A stretch of DNA of 38,426 nucleotides from Octopus bimaculoides. Its lineage: Eukaryota. Shown in pieces: positions 11,024 to 24,049 of this stretch; within the stretch, counting starts at the first letter, position 1; each line of letters opens with the position of its first letter. Location: contig NC_068987.1 in NCBI RefSeq assembly GCF_001194135.2, positions 55,667,480-55,705,905 on the forward strand, read 5' to 3'. Under the pieces are notes generated by a model that ran no database searches, was not told the origin of the DNA, and worked only from the letters and a program-made list of their open reading frames with translations. The translations under genes were made by a program, and so were the position numbers.

Positions 11024-13490
11024 TATGTTTGACTTTTGCTTTGTATTTGTACAAGTTGGCTCCAAGTCACACCCATTGATCTCAAGAGACAAAAAATTAG
11101 AAGTTCATACTGGTGTTATGCCTAGGGTGTCATATATTTGGTTTTGCACGTAGTATTGTTCTAGAGAATGTTTAAGAAAACATAAGAAAATTATGAGTTT
11201 GTTTTAAAATTTGAGATTAGGAAGACAGTATTTTACGTAGGATATGGGCAGTTCCCATGAGTACTATCTTTTGAATTTCTACCATTTTGGGGTTTCCCGG
11301 TATCTGAGCTAGGTAGCATTCAGCCCCTTTTGCTATAATTCCTAGGGCACCTATGACAACAGGTATTGTTTTAGTCTTGAGGTCGCACATTTTGCCAATT
11401 TCTATTTCAGATCTTTATACTTGCTCAGTTTTTGGTAGTTCTTGACAGATACATTTATGTCGACAGGGACAGTCATATCAATGAGGAGGCGTGATTTTTG
11501 TCTGAAGTCTTTCAATATAATGCCTGGTCTATTCGCATCTATCTTTCTGTCAGTTTGAATGGTGAAGTTCCAGAGGAGTGAGATACGATCATTTTCTAGA
11601 ACTGGAGGTGGTTCATGTTCCCACCAGATTTTATCAATGGGCAGATCCAGGTTTTTGCAAATTACCCAATGAATATATTGTGATGCTCTATCATGCCTTT
11701 TGGGATACTCTGTAGGCACAAGAAGACTGCACATAAAGACATGATTAATGGTTTCATTTTGTTGTTGACATACACGAAATGTTGCGCTACTACCGTTCTT
11801 TAATATGTTGGCTGGTAGTTTCTTGTAGGTAGGCATTGATCTTGGGCTGCCATGATAGACCCTTCTGTTTCTGATTTTAATCCAGAAGACACTAACAATT
11901 TATGGTTAAGGGCTTTGTCAACATCGGTACTATTATCTCTCTTTAGGTATTTGCCATTGAGAGGTTTTTCTTGCCATTTACCAGTAAGAATATCTAAGGC
12001 AGCAGTTTTAGCACGGGTTTTCATACGCTTAGCTTTTTCTATGCTTGCTTCTAGTACATCTAATTCTAAAATTTGTTGTATTTGAAATTCACTTAGTATG
12101 ATGATTTCTTGTTTTCATGCTTTGAGACAAACTTAGCACCACCCTCTTTTCTTGGCAGATAAAGTCATTGTATATCTGCCTTAGGGTGGTACATTCTATG
12201 CATTGCCAACAAGTTTTGGATTTTTCTGTCAAGGTTACATATTTCAGTAATTAACCAGTTAATGATATTGAAACTGTAAGTCACGACCGGCATGACTCAA
12301 GTATTGATCGCTTCGATCCTGTTTCTTGCATTCAACTTTGTCTTGAGTATTGCCCTTGCAATAACATTCTTTTCTTATACTTTCCCTCATCACTGAATGT
12401 TTCATTCCGTCCCCTTCAAATACCCCTAGGTATTTGTAGCTCTCCGCTGGTTCTAACTCCTTTATGACATTCTGCTGGTCAAGATCAACATGGAATGTTT
12501 CTGTCATTTTTCCTTTGATAAAGGTATCTTTTGCACATTTATCGAGACCAAATTGCATCCTGATGTCATCACTGAATTGTTTAAAAATCGCTAATAAGTC
12601 CTGTAGTTGTTCGTCATTTTCCCAAAGAGCTTTAAATGATCTATGTAAATGAGATGATTTATATTTTTATCAAACATTTTATAACCGTATTGTACATTAT
12701 CGAGCAATTTCGAGAGAGGTATTAAGGCTAGACAAAAGAGGAGTGGTGATAAAGAGTCACCCTGGAAAATGCCACATAAAATTCTTACATCTCCAGTATT
12801 GAAAGATTCATTGTCACTGTTCAAAGTCAGTGTGGTTCTCCATGATCTCATGCTTACAGACAAGAAGTTTCGCAGAGTAGGTGCTATTTTATATATTTCG
12901 AGACATTTCTAAATCCAGGTATGTGGTAGACTAATAAAAGCTTTTTTATAGTCTATCCAGGCTATTGACAAGGTTTTGTGTCGTTTGTGGCAATCTTCCA
13001 AGATCATCTTATTGATGAGTAGCTGATTTTTACAACCATAGGATCCACGTTTACATCCTTTTGCTCATTAGGGAATTTGTCAGTTTCTAATTAAAAAACT
13101 GTAGGTATATTCAGTCAAGACAGATGTTAGCATTTTATACATTGTTGTTAAGCAGGTTATGGGTCTATAATTCTTTAGTTCATTTGTTTCGTCATTTGTT
13201 TTGGAAGTAGGAATGTTACACCATTAACTAGCCAAGAGGGAATCATACTAGGGTGTTGCAAAACATTGTTGTAAAGTTTTGTTAGCAGTTCATGGCTCTC
13301 TGGGAAGGCATTCAGCCAGAAGTTGAGAGTGCTTCACTTTGCTTATTAGTCACATTTACACTTTCAATCATTATTGCATTTTTATCAGACTTGGGTTGGT
13401 CTATAATTATTTCCTCTGTAGTATCTTCTTTAGCTGCAGCTTCGTTCCTTTTATCCCTTACTGATTGTTTTGTTTGGTTAATCTCTAATT
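11022..13490 (-). mobile_element. R4/Dong-like non-LTR retrotransposon (RT plus REL endonuclease), 5'-truncated and degenerate
   Basis: GIFQGDSLSPLLF, HLIYIDHLKLF, MQFGLDKCAK, QDQCLPTRNY, CRVC-like..H..C, RHD, NRPGII, IDMTVP, KLSKYKDL in broken frames. Confidence 0.88.
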
Positions 13491-13504
13491 GTCTGTCACT
13501 ACGT

Positions 13505-13650
13505 TATGAGTTCGAATTCCACTGATGTCAACTTTGCTTTCATCCTTTTGGGTATAATAAAATAAATACCAGTTGAACACTGGGGTCGATGTAATCGATT
13601 TACCACTCCCCCGATATTACTGACATTTGAAAAATGCTAAAATATGAAAC
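13505..13650 (+). mobile_element. Partial family-B SINE
   Basis: GAGTTCGAATTCC, CTTTGCTTTTCATCC and ACTGGGGTCGATGTAATCGA match other B copies. Confidence 0.75.
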
Positions 13651-14344
13651 CAATATGAATCGAAGCAACAAGTGTGGGAGGCTTTTTTTTGTCGCACTCT
13701 GTATTTGTATTAGACTTTCTTATTGTACTTAGCCATCCTCTAATATGTATTCAGGTTAATTGTTTGGGAATGCAACAAATATGTTGGGCGAAACGCTTTC
13801 TTAGAGTGAGTCATTCGTTATCATCGGTTACCAAGTAGTATACTGATTTATTACTCTGGCCTTTAATAACGTTATAAAGAAAATAAAAATTAGCTGAATT
13901 CGTACTTGCAACAAATTCCTATAAAACATTGACAAACAATCTGGAAACTGATTCATCAAGCAGAAAATTAGTAGTTTTAAATCACTATACAGGAAACACG
14001 CTATAAAAAAAAAAGAACCTATGAGGTTGGGGGAAATCAAAGCACTTGAAAACAAATCGGGTTAACATATTCCAAATATGACCATTTACCACATATCTGA
14101 TACTATTGTTCAAAAGCAACCAAATCACATAAACGAGTAAGAAAGATTCACTGACTCGTGTGTGGCTTAATAATAATGATTTTAGTTGGTGTACTTAATA
14201 AACATCAACTAACAGCATCACCAGGCGAAATTAAATATTCTCTACCAAATTCAGTGAACTCGAAGAAGAAAAATTAAGACAAGAACAAAAAAATGTAAAA
14301 GTAGAGTAAAACAGAATGTAGCTGTAGTAGAACAATGTATTAAT

Positions 14345-14530
14345 ATTTCTTTTTACAATAGGCACAAGGACTGAAATTGTCGGGAAGGGGCAGTCGTTTA
14401 AATAATATTTATTTTATCGATCTTGCCCCTCAGAGAAAACTTAATTTCGGCGGAATTTGAACTTAAAACTGGAAGAAAAGCCGCAAAGCATTATGACCGT
14501 TGGGCTAACGATTCTGCCAGTTCATTGACC
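14345..14530 (-). mobile_element. Degenerate family-B SINE (tail type ii)
   Basis: AGGCACAAGG tail, GGCGGAATTTGAAC, CTAACGATTCTGCCAG. Confidence 0.7.
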
Positions 14531-15380
14531 TTACAATGTGTTGATAATAACAAACTGAAAAATATTCGGGACTTTTTTAGTAAAAAAAAAGAAAAAAAAG
14601 AAAAAAGACAATGACACCATTCTGAAAAATCCATTCATTAATTAAGCCCCAAATCCACAGTTACATTAAAAAAAAAAATTCAGTCCTATACAAACACAGC
14701 AACATCTCACATATTATCATACGGCAAAGAAATGGTGGTATTCTACCAGAAAAGATTGCCTTTCAGAAATGCATAAAATGGGAGTTTTAATTAACGAAAT
14801 AAATTTGATCGAAAAAAAAGTATCAAATTAGAACAGCTAGCTGTAACAGTACTAAAACACCAAGAAGAAGAATTTAAGCTACCATAGAAGAGATTTTTTA
14901 AAAGAAAAAAATAATGTGGTTTATTTCTAATTAAACCAAAGTTCCCTGTAGTTATTCATAGAATCTGCAAAAGATAGAGAAGAGCGCATCCTAACAATAA
15001 TGATGGAAGGTTACAAACCCCAATCGCTATGGTTGTTAATTAATAAACCGAGCTGAATAATCAATCAAAAACATGGAAGCATCAAAACTGAATTAATAAA
15101 TAAACTATTCCAAGAATCGCTAATTAATTAAAGCTATGTCGATCTACATAGAGATCTTAAAGGCAACAGAATAGATGATTTAAGTTCCACTAACAAATAC
15201 AATAATCATTGCTCATTGCCCAGAAAAGATGCAACCAAAGCAAAATCACACAAATGTAATAGAGTCCGTCGTAAAAAAAAAGTACCTACAACTTAAAAGC
15301 AATAGCACTTTAGATAACAGTGTCAGAGAGTCATTTTGGCAACAACGACAACAACAACAATAATAATATTATTAGCTTCA

Positions 15381-15520
15381 GCAATAAGCACAAGGCCAGA
15401 AATGTTGGGGGAAGAGAGTTAGTCGATTACATCGAATCCAGTACTTGACTAGTACTCGACTATTATCGTCACCGAGGGTATGAAAGGCAAAGTCGGCCGC
15501 GGCAGAATTTGAACTCAGAG
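15381..15520 (-). mobile_element. Partial family-B SINE (tail type ii)
   Basis: GCACAAGGCC...AGTCGATTACATCGA...ATGAAAGGCAAAGTCG...GAATTTGAACTCAG. Confidence 0.8.
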
Positions 15521-15573
<53 letters not shown>

Positions 15574-16221
15574 GGATCTTTTTTAAAACGGGGGCCACAT
15601 TTTTCATTAACGAAACACTTTGAAACTTGGAACACTGGTAGAATGTGTCATATAAAACATCTTTTTCTCTTAGTCTTCTTAAAAAAAAAAGAAATCCCTA
15701 AGTTATTCCATGTTAAAGTTGTCGTATTTCTGTAATTTCAACCAATCACTGACGTCCATTCAGCCGATATACATTNNNNNNNNNNNNNNNNNNNNNNNNN
15801 NNNNNNNNNNNNNNNNNNNNNNNNNNNNNNNNNNNNNNNNNNNNNNNNNNNNNNNNNNNNNNNNNNNNNNNNNNNNNNNNNNNNNNNNNNNNNNNNNNNN
15901 NNNNNNNNNNNNNNNNNNNNNNNNNNNNNNNNNNNNNNNNNNNNNNNNNNNNNNNNNNNNNNNNNNNNNNNNNNNNNNNNNNNNNNNNNNNNNNNNNNNN
16001 NNNNNNNNNNNNNNNNNNNNNNNNNNNNNNNNNNNNNNNNNNNNNNNNNNNNNNNNNNNNNNNNNNNNNNNNNNNNNNNNNNNNNNNNNNNNNNNNNNNN
16101 NNNNNNNNNNNNNNNNNNNNNNNNNNNNNNNNNNNNNNNNNNNNNNNNNNNNNNNNNNNNNNNNNNNNNNNNNNNNNNNNNNNNNNNAATAATAATAATA
16201 ATAATAATAATAATACTAATG

Positions 16222-16279
<58 letters not shown>

Positions 16280-16281
<2 letters not shown>

Positions 16282-16629
16282 GCCATCAGATGGCAACGTT
16301 TCCCTGAAAGAAATGGAGAAACTTTCAAAATACAAAGACCTGGAAATAGAGGTAACTTGAATGTGGAATCTAAAAACAGAAACAATTCCTATCATAGTAG
16401 ACGCCTTAGGTATAATAAAAAAATATTCAGACAAATACATAATAGAAACACCAGGACTTAGAAATATATATAACATACAGAAAATTGCACTACTGGGCAC
16501 TGCACACATCCTACGCAAAACACTTTCAATACAGTAACCATAAGAGCATCACAGCAAACCACAGCACATACCCAAAGCACACAGAGCTGCGCTCGGTAGT
16601 GAAGTGAAAGCACGTTATAAAAATAAAAC

Positions 16630-16630
<1 letters not shown>
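16280..16630 (+). mobile_element. 5'-truncated Dong/R4-like LINE 3' end embedded in (AAT)n
   Basis: PSDGNVSLKEMEKLSKYKDLEIEV...IVDALG...IQKIALLGTAHILRKTL; stop at 16535-16537. (AAT)n on both sides. Confidence 0.88.
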
Positions 16631-16660
<30 letters not shown>

Positions 16661-16914
16661 CATTTCTTTTATTTTTTTAAATTCTATTTTATAGTCATTT
16701 CTTTTATTAATAATAATAATAATAATAATGATAATAATGATACTAATAATAATAATCTACCTGTTGGCAGGTGGATGGGAAGACATCCAAGTTTGGTTGG
16801 GGCTCTTTTGGGAAACGCATTGGAAATGTTCTGGTGGCATTTACATGTTCTTGTATATGTTAGGTGCTATTCACACTAATATTAAGTCATCTAACATTTT
16901 AAAAGTACTGGTGT

Positions 16915-18700
16915 CATAAATTGCACCCCCTCTCTCCGTATCTGTATTTCATGCTATGAGGGTCATCAGTTCATCGTTGGCTCTCCTCACAAGCACAAAA
17001 TTTGGTGGCTGTGTGGGTGACTGCTGTGATCATTTTTAGCGGCGAGGTGGGGTTATAATAGTGTGGTAGGAGTGGTTGTGCTGATGGTTGTGACACTGGT
17101 GCGGTTGGTATTGTCTTTGATGTGTCTGTGTTTGTTGTGATAGCGTCTCCTATGTTTTCTGATATATGAGTTGGTGTGAGGCCAGGTATCATTCTTTTTG
17201 TCTCCTTGTTTTTGGTGGTGGTGGTGGGGGTTCAGGGTTTCCTCTTCGTCTTCACATCGAAATGTGGAGGAACAATGCCTGTAAAATCTATCTCGGAGAG
17301 TGAGGGTATCTTTATTTTTGTGTGAGCGTCTATGTGTCAGTGCGTGTTTGAGAGAGTGGGAGAGGGAAAGCTGGTTTGAGAGACACTCTCAGTGGTTATT
17401 TCAATTGCTTTTCTTGTTGATGTTGGCGGTAACGGTGGTGTTGGAATTGCTGGGTCTAGTGTTGTTTCACCTGTGTTCGTTGTTATCGTATCTGGTGGTC
17501 TTATTGGTTTCGTAGCTGCTGGTGCAGGTGTTGGAATTGGTGATGTGGTTCTAGCTGACGGTAACTTTAGTTTTCCAGCTGTCTCTATTGTTATTGTTGC
17601 TGCTGCTGCAAGTGTGGTGTATTGTCTATCTTATTGCTGTTACTGAGGCTGGTGTGTAGGTACTTCCTATCATTTTTAAGCAGCAGGCTCTAAGGTGGCT
17701 TGTAACTCTACAAAGGTCGATTCGGGCCTTCTACAACAACCCATAGTTCGGCGCCGTTGGGCAGCTGTATAAGCTCCGGAATTTTTTCTATGTTCTTGGG
17801 CTTCACATGAAGTAGGATCTCTATGTTTATCCCGGACCAGTTCTCTCTGCTGTTTTGTTTGACCTTTAGGAATTTCTCGGATCCTCTAATACCACACAGG
17901 CTACGATCCACCAGATGTGGAACACCTGATATCCTTAGCCTGACAATTCTTCTCGAGAGGTACGCCGGATACAGGACACACTCCCCACTCCAACGCGGTG
18001 TAACCGAACGTTTTCACGCAAAGCCCTCACTTTTGAAGAGAACCTCAATGCTGGTAAACAGCCTTCCTCTTTGCATGTGAGCCACGTCTTCCATAGCATC
18101 TTTCAGAGCCTTCTCCATTTGACTGATTGTGGCCTGTTCGACTCGCTTGCTCTTTAGTGAGACACATCTATAATAAACTGTTCGATTGTCTCTTTCGTCC
18201 ATGATTCTTGGAGGCTGCCTTACACACTCATACATACAGCTTACATACAGCTGCCTTACACACTCCATCAAATTTAATCATTTTGTTGGCTTGAACTAAT
18301 TTTCTTTTATTCCCTCCAGGGCTAGCGGGAACATTTCTCTTATTGAGCTAATCACGCCGGAAAAAAAGGTTTTGAATTGTTGCTGTTATTGTTGGCGTCG
18401 TTAAGTTTACCAGTGGTTTTGTTATTGCTATTGTTGCTAGTGGTGTTGGTGTGGTTGATTTTTTCTGGTACCGTTGTTTTTCATGTTATTCTCGGCATTG
18501 TTTCTGTTGCTCACTAAGTCCCTGTAGTTCGTGTCAGTATTGTTGCTGTTGTTGTAGTGGTTGTGGTGTTGGTGGCAGTGGGTTTGCTGTTGCCAATGGT
18601 AGCGGTTGTTGGGTTTGCTGTTGTTTTCCCTGTCTCCGTTACTTAACTTCGTGCTGTTATTGGTGATACTATTTGAATGGAGGAGGCGCTGTCGCGACTG
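16915..18700 (-). pseudogene. LINE ORF1-like (gag-like, L1/Tx1-type) remnant with Asn/Thr- and Thr/Pro-rich segments
   Basis: Broken frames: YPAYLSRRIVRLRISGVP-like segment, LPNGAELWVVVEG, then a partial zinc knuckle CRVTSHLRACC. No recognisable ORF2 follows. Confidence 0.55.
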
Positions 18701-18802
18701 ATTTTCCCTGCAAATGTGTCCAATTCTCTTACTATATTCAGATTGTTGTTGTCACCCATCAGGTCATAGTTTTTTTAGGATTTTGAGTGAAGGAAGATGA
18801 GG

Positions 18803-18955
18803 TAAGTTTTGGCAAAAGGGCAAGAATTTCGGGGCAGGAGTAAATCGATTACATCGACGCCAGTGGTCAACTGATACATATTTTAACGATACTGAAACGT
18901 AAGGACGAAAGAAACGCTGGCAAAAATCTTGCTCGGTGTACTGACGATTTTGTAT
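18803..18955 (-). mobile_element. Degenerate family-B SINE (tail type iii)
   Basis: AATTTCGGGG...AATCGATTACATCGAC.CCAGT, with an internal deletion. Confidence 0.65.
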
Positions 18956-19964
18956 TAGTAATATTAAAAGTTAAATTGCATATCTTCTCCAAGATCTTGC
19001 ACGAGATTTTGTCCAACTTCTCTTTTATTTCTATTTTCCACAATAGATTCTGACTTAACAATTTGAATTTAAATCCATCCCACCGAGGTCAACTTGCCTT
19101 CCGTTGTTTCAGAGTCTATAAAGTAAGTTTCTAGTCTACTACTGAGATCGATGGTATCGCCGTATTTCTCCTAATATAATTACTAGCCTTCTGCCTATAT
19201 CAAAAACCATTCTTTACAGCAAATCTTTTTTACTTCATTATATAAAACTGTGAAATACAAGATTTTGCTGATGATCGCATATATGTACGTATGTATGCAC
19301 GTATATATTATTAATGTAAAACTGTTTCAATCTGCAGGCCATAGTTTTATTACCTAGTTAGCGGTAAAGTTGCATGAGACATCATTGCAAGAAGGCTGCA
19401 GATATGTGAACTTTTTAATGCTTTCTATAAACTCAGCCAAGACCGAACACAGCTCTTAGTTATTAACAATAATAGAAATAAATTGTGCACAGTTCTATCT
19501 TTTGGAATAAAATGGACAAACGAAAATGAACAACAATCTGATCTTTCTACTATGCAATTAATTCTTCATAACCTCGAATATATCAATTATAAATGTAATG
19601 AAATTGTTTTAATGAGCCAATTATTAACAACACTAAAAATTATTAAAATTATTGATATTTGGCCACACTGTGCTTTAAAAGTGGAAAAGATTATTAAATA
19701 TCCCCTCAATAAAATTACGCTATTAGTAAAATATCAAAGATATATCACTTATGTTTATATATATATCATGCGTATATAGTTGTAATAATGAAGTCAAACA
19801 AAATAGTCTCACTTCATTATTACAACTAATACAACTCGATGCCAGTACAAACTAACCGATCTTGACTACACTTGTGCGGATATTCAAACAGGGATTTGGA
19901 AAAGTTTGTTGTATTTGACTCGAGTTGAAAATTCTGGTACCGTGACCTGCTTCTGAGCGTAACA

Positions 19965-19995
<31 letters not shown>

Positions 19996-19998
<3 letters not shown>

Positions 19999-21235
19999 GA
20001 TGTGATAGGTACGTTGTGGTCACTTTATATTTTTAAATTCACGCATGTGCATTGTTTGTTTTTGATTTTGTCGACTACACAGTATAGTAGGGTCAGTTGG
20101 GCACTGTTTTTGAGAAAAAACAATACCATGACGGAATTCACTCTGCCAGAAATTTGGAAACGACATGCTGTACTGCTAGACATTTGCGCCGGAAGCTCCA
20201 ATACGCATTTTTCAGAGTGTTTGGGTGTCAATCTGAGGACAGTGCAGAGGATTCGAAAAGAGTCTAATGGTGATTACGAAGGTACGGCAGCTCGGAAAAC
20301 ACACTCTAATCGTTCTGATCAGAAAGGAACTTCTAAATTTGTTGGTATGATCCAGGCCAAGATTGACAACGATCACTCCAAATCAATCAGGTCCATCGCC
20401 AGTGGCATTGGAGTGTCTGGGTTTCTTATTAGGCAGGTAGTGCATAAAGACATTCAGTATTCCTCATACAAGATGAGAAGGGCCAATTATTTTTATCTCA
20501 AGCCATCAAGAACAAAACCGCACTACGTAGGTTATGAACAAACTCAAGCACCCCCTCCAACCGAATATGCTTTAGTTTCTCAGACGAGAACAATTTCTGC
20601 CAGTATCAGATGGTGAACACATTGAACAACCGGTGGCTTGCCGTGTCCCCAAATCATGTACCGAGAGTGATAAAAATCAAACATCCAGTTAACAGCATCG
20701 TGTTTGGAACGATCGCTAGTGATGGCGACGTTATGCCTCTATTTATCTTCCAATACGGCCTTAGACTCAACACGGAGGCCTACATCAAGTGCCTGAAGGA
20801 GATAGTGCTGCCCTGGGTCAAGAAAGTTGCTGTTGGAAGACCCTGTTTGGCAACAGGGCTCTGCACCATGCCATACAAGCAGGAGAACCCAGTCATGGCT
20901 GTCAGATAATTCCTATGACCACATCACCCCTAACATCTGGTCTCCTAACTCCCCAAACTGCAACCTCCTTTATTATGAGTTGAGCGAGAGACCAACAAAA
21001 CTCTTTGTAACACCAAAGATGAACTGAAGGTAAGGATTATGGAACATTAACCAACTTAAACAAGGAGACCGTCCAAAACAGTTGCAGAAGAGGAGGCAAT
21101 TTTATTGAATAAATTTACTCTTTAGTATTTCAAGATATTTTTACGTAATTTTGGTAAATATAGAAGTTAAAATGAGTTGTCAGTTTTATTTTCATTTTTG
21201 CGCAATTTAGACGATAATTTATTCACCGTACCCTG
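19996..21235 (+). mobile_element. Tc1/mariner superfamily element with DD37D (maT-like) spacing, inactive
   Basis: TA-CAGG...CCTG-TA termini (TIRs poorly matched). Transposase fragments KHPVNSIVFG, YIKCL and WQQGSAPCHTS...WSPNSPNCNLLY, with 37 residues between the second and third catalytic positions, both mutated. Confidence 0.88.
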
Positions 21236-21713
21236 TATATATGTAAGTATGTATGTCATTGTTCAGTTTTATTTCAAGATTTCTTGCCAATAGGAAAAGA
21301 GCTGGGTTCTAACCTGGATCCAAAGCTCTTTCATTGAAATTTTAACATCAACAACAAGGTATTTTTGTTTGCATGTATGTGTGCAGATTTGTATGTTTTG
21401 CTTTATGTATGGATTCTCATGCATATAGTTGCATATTTAGAGATGTTCATATATATATTTAAATGATAAACTTCTGGAAAATTTTGCAGATTTTTACAGT
21501 TCCATGCATCTATGTATGTGTGTATACACATATACATATAATACGCGTATATGTACATGATAGTGTTTATATATAATATGTATATATATATATATATATA
21601 TATTATACATGTTTATATATAATAACTGTATATATAATACGCTTATACTTATATGATAAGGGAATTTTCAACGATCAATATAGATCTTAAATAGTTTTGA
21701 GAATGAGAAAATA

Positions 21714-21927
21714 TTCTTTTCTACTCTAGGCACAAGGCCCGAAATTTGGTGGGAACGGGCCAGTAGGTTAGATCGACTCCAGTACGCAACTGGTACTGAA
21801 TTTATCGACCCCGAAAGGATGAAAGACAAAATCCACTTCGGCGGAATTTGAACTCAGAACGTAAAGACAGACGAAACCCCACTAAGCATTCCGCTCGGCG
21901 AGCTAACGTTTCTGCCAAGTCGCCGCC
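21714..21927 (-). mobile_element. Full-length family-B SINE (tail type ii)
   Basis: Complete head GGCGGCGA. Degenerate TSD AGAATG(AG/GT)AAAATATT, 14/16 match. Confidence 0.88.
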
Positions 21928-22369
21928 TGAAGAATGGTAAAATATTGGTAATACTTCTCTTCAAACTAGTGGAGAATTTCACTCTCAAACAAAAAAAGCG
22001 TTGCGTCATGTTATACTTTCAAAATAGTTACTTTTCGTGAAGTAGCATTCTAAGAAGCCTGAATTAGTAACTGCTTAATTTAAGAACAGAAAAAAAAGAA
22101 AAGAAAGAAAATAGGAAAGCAGTATGACATTTGGTAACGTTTCTGGAAGAACAATTAAAATCCTTTAAAATTATGAAAGAAATGAAAAGGAATAAAAGAA
22201 TTTCATTTTGATATTCAATCAAAATATTAGCTAGTGGATCCCATAGGATTGAAATCAAATTAAGATAATTAAGGAATGGTGTTACTCGAAATTTTCAGCA
22301 TATTAATGAAAATATTAGCTTAAAATTAAGTCATGATATTGTCGGAGGGTGGTAAGAAGTAATATCTTT

Positions 22370-23836
22370 GCGGATGACATTTCCATCATCGTGGCGGATG
22401 AGGGCCAGATTCCAGTGGTGGAAAAGGCCATCAAAAGTTACGAGGCAGTGGCAGGAGCAAAGGTTAACNNNNNNNNNNNNNNNNNNNNNNNNNNNNNNNN
22501 NNNNNNNNNNNNNNNNNNNNNNNNNNNNNNNNNNNNNNNNNNNNNNNNNNNNNNNNNNNNNNNNNNNNNNNNNNNNNNNNNNNNNNNNNNNNNNNNNNNN
22601 NNNNNNNNNNNNNNNNNNNNNNNNNNNNNNNNNNNNNNNNNNNNNNNNNNNNNNNNNNNNNNNNNNNNNNNNNNNNNNNNNNNNNNNNNNNNNNNNNNNN
22701 NNNNNNNNNNNNNNNNNNNNNNNNNNNNNNNNNNNNNNNNNNNNNNNNNNNNNNNNNNNNNNNNNNNNNNNNNNNNNNNNNNNNNNNNNNNNNNNNNNNN
22801 NNNNNNNNNNNNNNNNNNNNNNNNNNNNNNNNNNNNNNNNNNNNNNNNNNNNNNNNNNNNNNNNNNNNNNNNNNNNNNNNNNNNNNNNNNNNNNNNNNNN
22901 NNNNNNNNNNNNNNNNNNNNNNNNNNNNNNNNNNNNNNNNNNNNNNNNNNNNNNNNNNNNNNNNNNNNNNNNNNNNCGGGTTAGTGGAATCTATGTCAGA
23001 AGACGCCTTGGGGGAGACCCTAGGCTACGATGAAAGTCAGTTGGTCAGCCTATTTAGGAGAACGTTCGGGCCGAGGTATCTGGATAATTACCAGAAATCC
23101 CTGGCTTGGCAATGTTTCCGAGCGGCGTTACCTGTTCGCGACAAGCTGTCAAGGCACGGAAGTGCCGTCTCGCCGCCATGCCCGAGATGTGGGCAGGATA
23201 GGGAAACCGTCTTGCACGCATTTGTGGGCTGTTCGGAGTTATAGGGACTGATAGCCTTTGCAGAACAACTGTTGTCAGTGATAGGAAAGAGTACAGCTAT
23301 CAGCTGAGTCTATCATCGAGACTGTACCACCTCCTTTCCTTAACAGGGAAAGGAAGGCCTGCTTTTTCTGCGTTGTAGCCATACTGAAAGAAACAGTATG
23401 GAAGACGCGTGTGAAAGGGTATAGTGACAGGTACCTTTGTCTCCGGCCAGGGGTTGGTTAACTTTTTTAGTTACCACCTCAGTAGTAAGATCAGGCTGGA
23501 GAGAAAGTGCCTGTCACGGGATATGTTTACGAAAAGATGGAAGTCTGTGGAGCGCAAGCTGAGTGAGATTGGCACCAAATAAGTGAGGTCAATTTGGGAA
23601 GCAAAGGTTCTACCAGGATGGTCGGTTGCCTTCCTTCTAGCTACCTCATTGCGAAGCGCAATGATTTCTTGTGTAATATTTTAAAATTAATTTTTAAATC
23701 AATTTCAATCATATCTTAATCTATTCGTAACTTGTAAAATTTTTTAAAAAACGTTTAAGCTTCTTCCCCCTTATGTTTGTCTGTCCTTGTTTGTCCCCTC
23801 TCTGTAACGCCTCCAATGGCGAATTTTAATGAAATA
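22370..23836 (+). mobile_element. 5'-truncated L1/Tx1-type LINE with 16-bp TSD (gap inside)
   Basis: TSD AAGAAGTAATATCTTT at 22354-22369 and 23837-23852. Starts at RT (F)ADD...GAKVN. C-terminal CPRC...ETVLHAFVGC zinc finger; stop near 23580. Confidence 0.92.
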
Positions 23837-24049
23837 AAGAAGTAATATCTTTAAATTCTGAGAGACAAATACTGTGGAGGAAAATTTTATTTCAATAAAG
23901 AAGAGATCATGTTGAAAGAAAATTGAGAATTGAAAGTATACTGTTTAATATAAATAGTTATTTATTTGAAAATAGCAAAAACAATTTTTTGATAGCAAGA
24001 GAACGAGAACGAGGAAGCAGATGAATTAGCTAAAAGAAGGAGGTGGATT

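Noticed and set aside
13830-15340. A-rich stretch with faint LINE ORF1-like peptides (ILTIMMEGYKPQ)
   Set aside because: Too degenerate to assign.
19330-19460. Possible minus-strand exon LCSVLAEFIESIKKF...
   Set aside because: Weak acceptor, and the only open frame stops at the putative donor.
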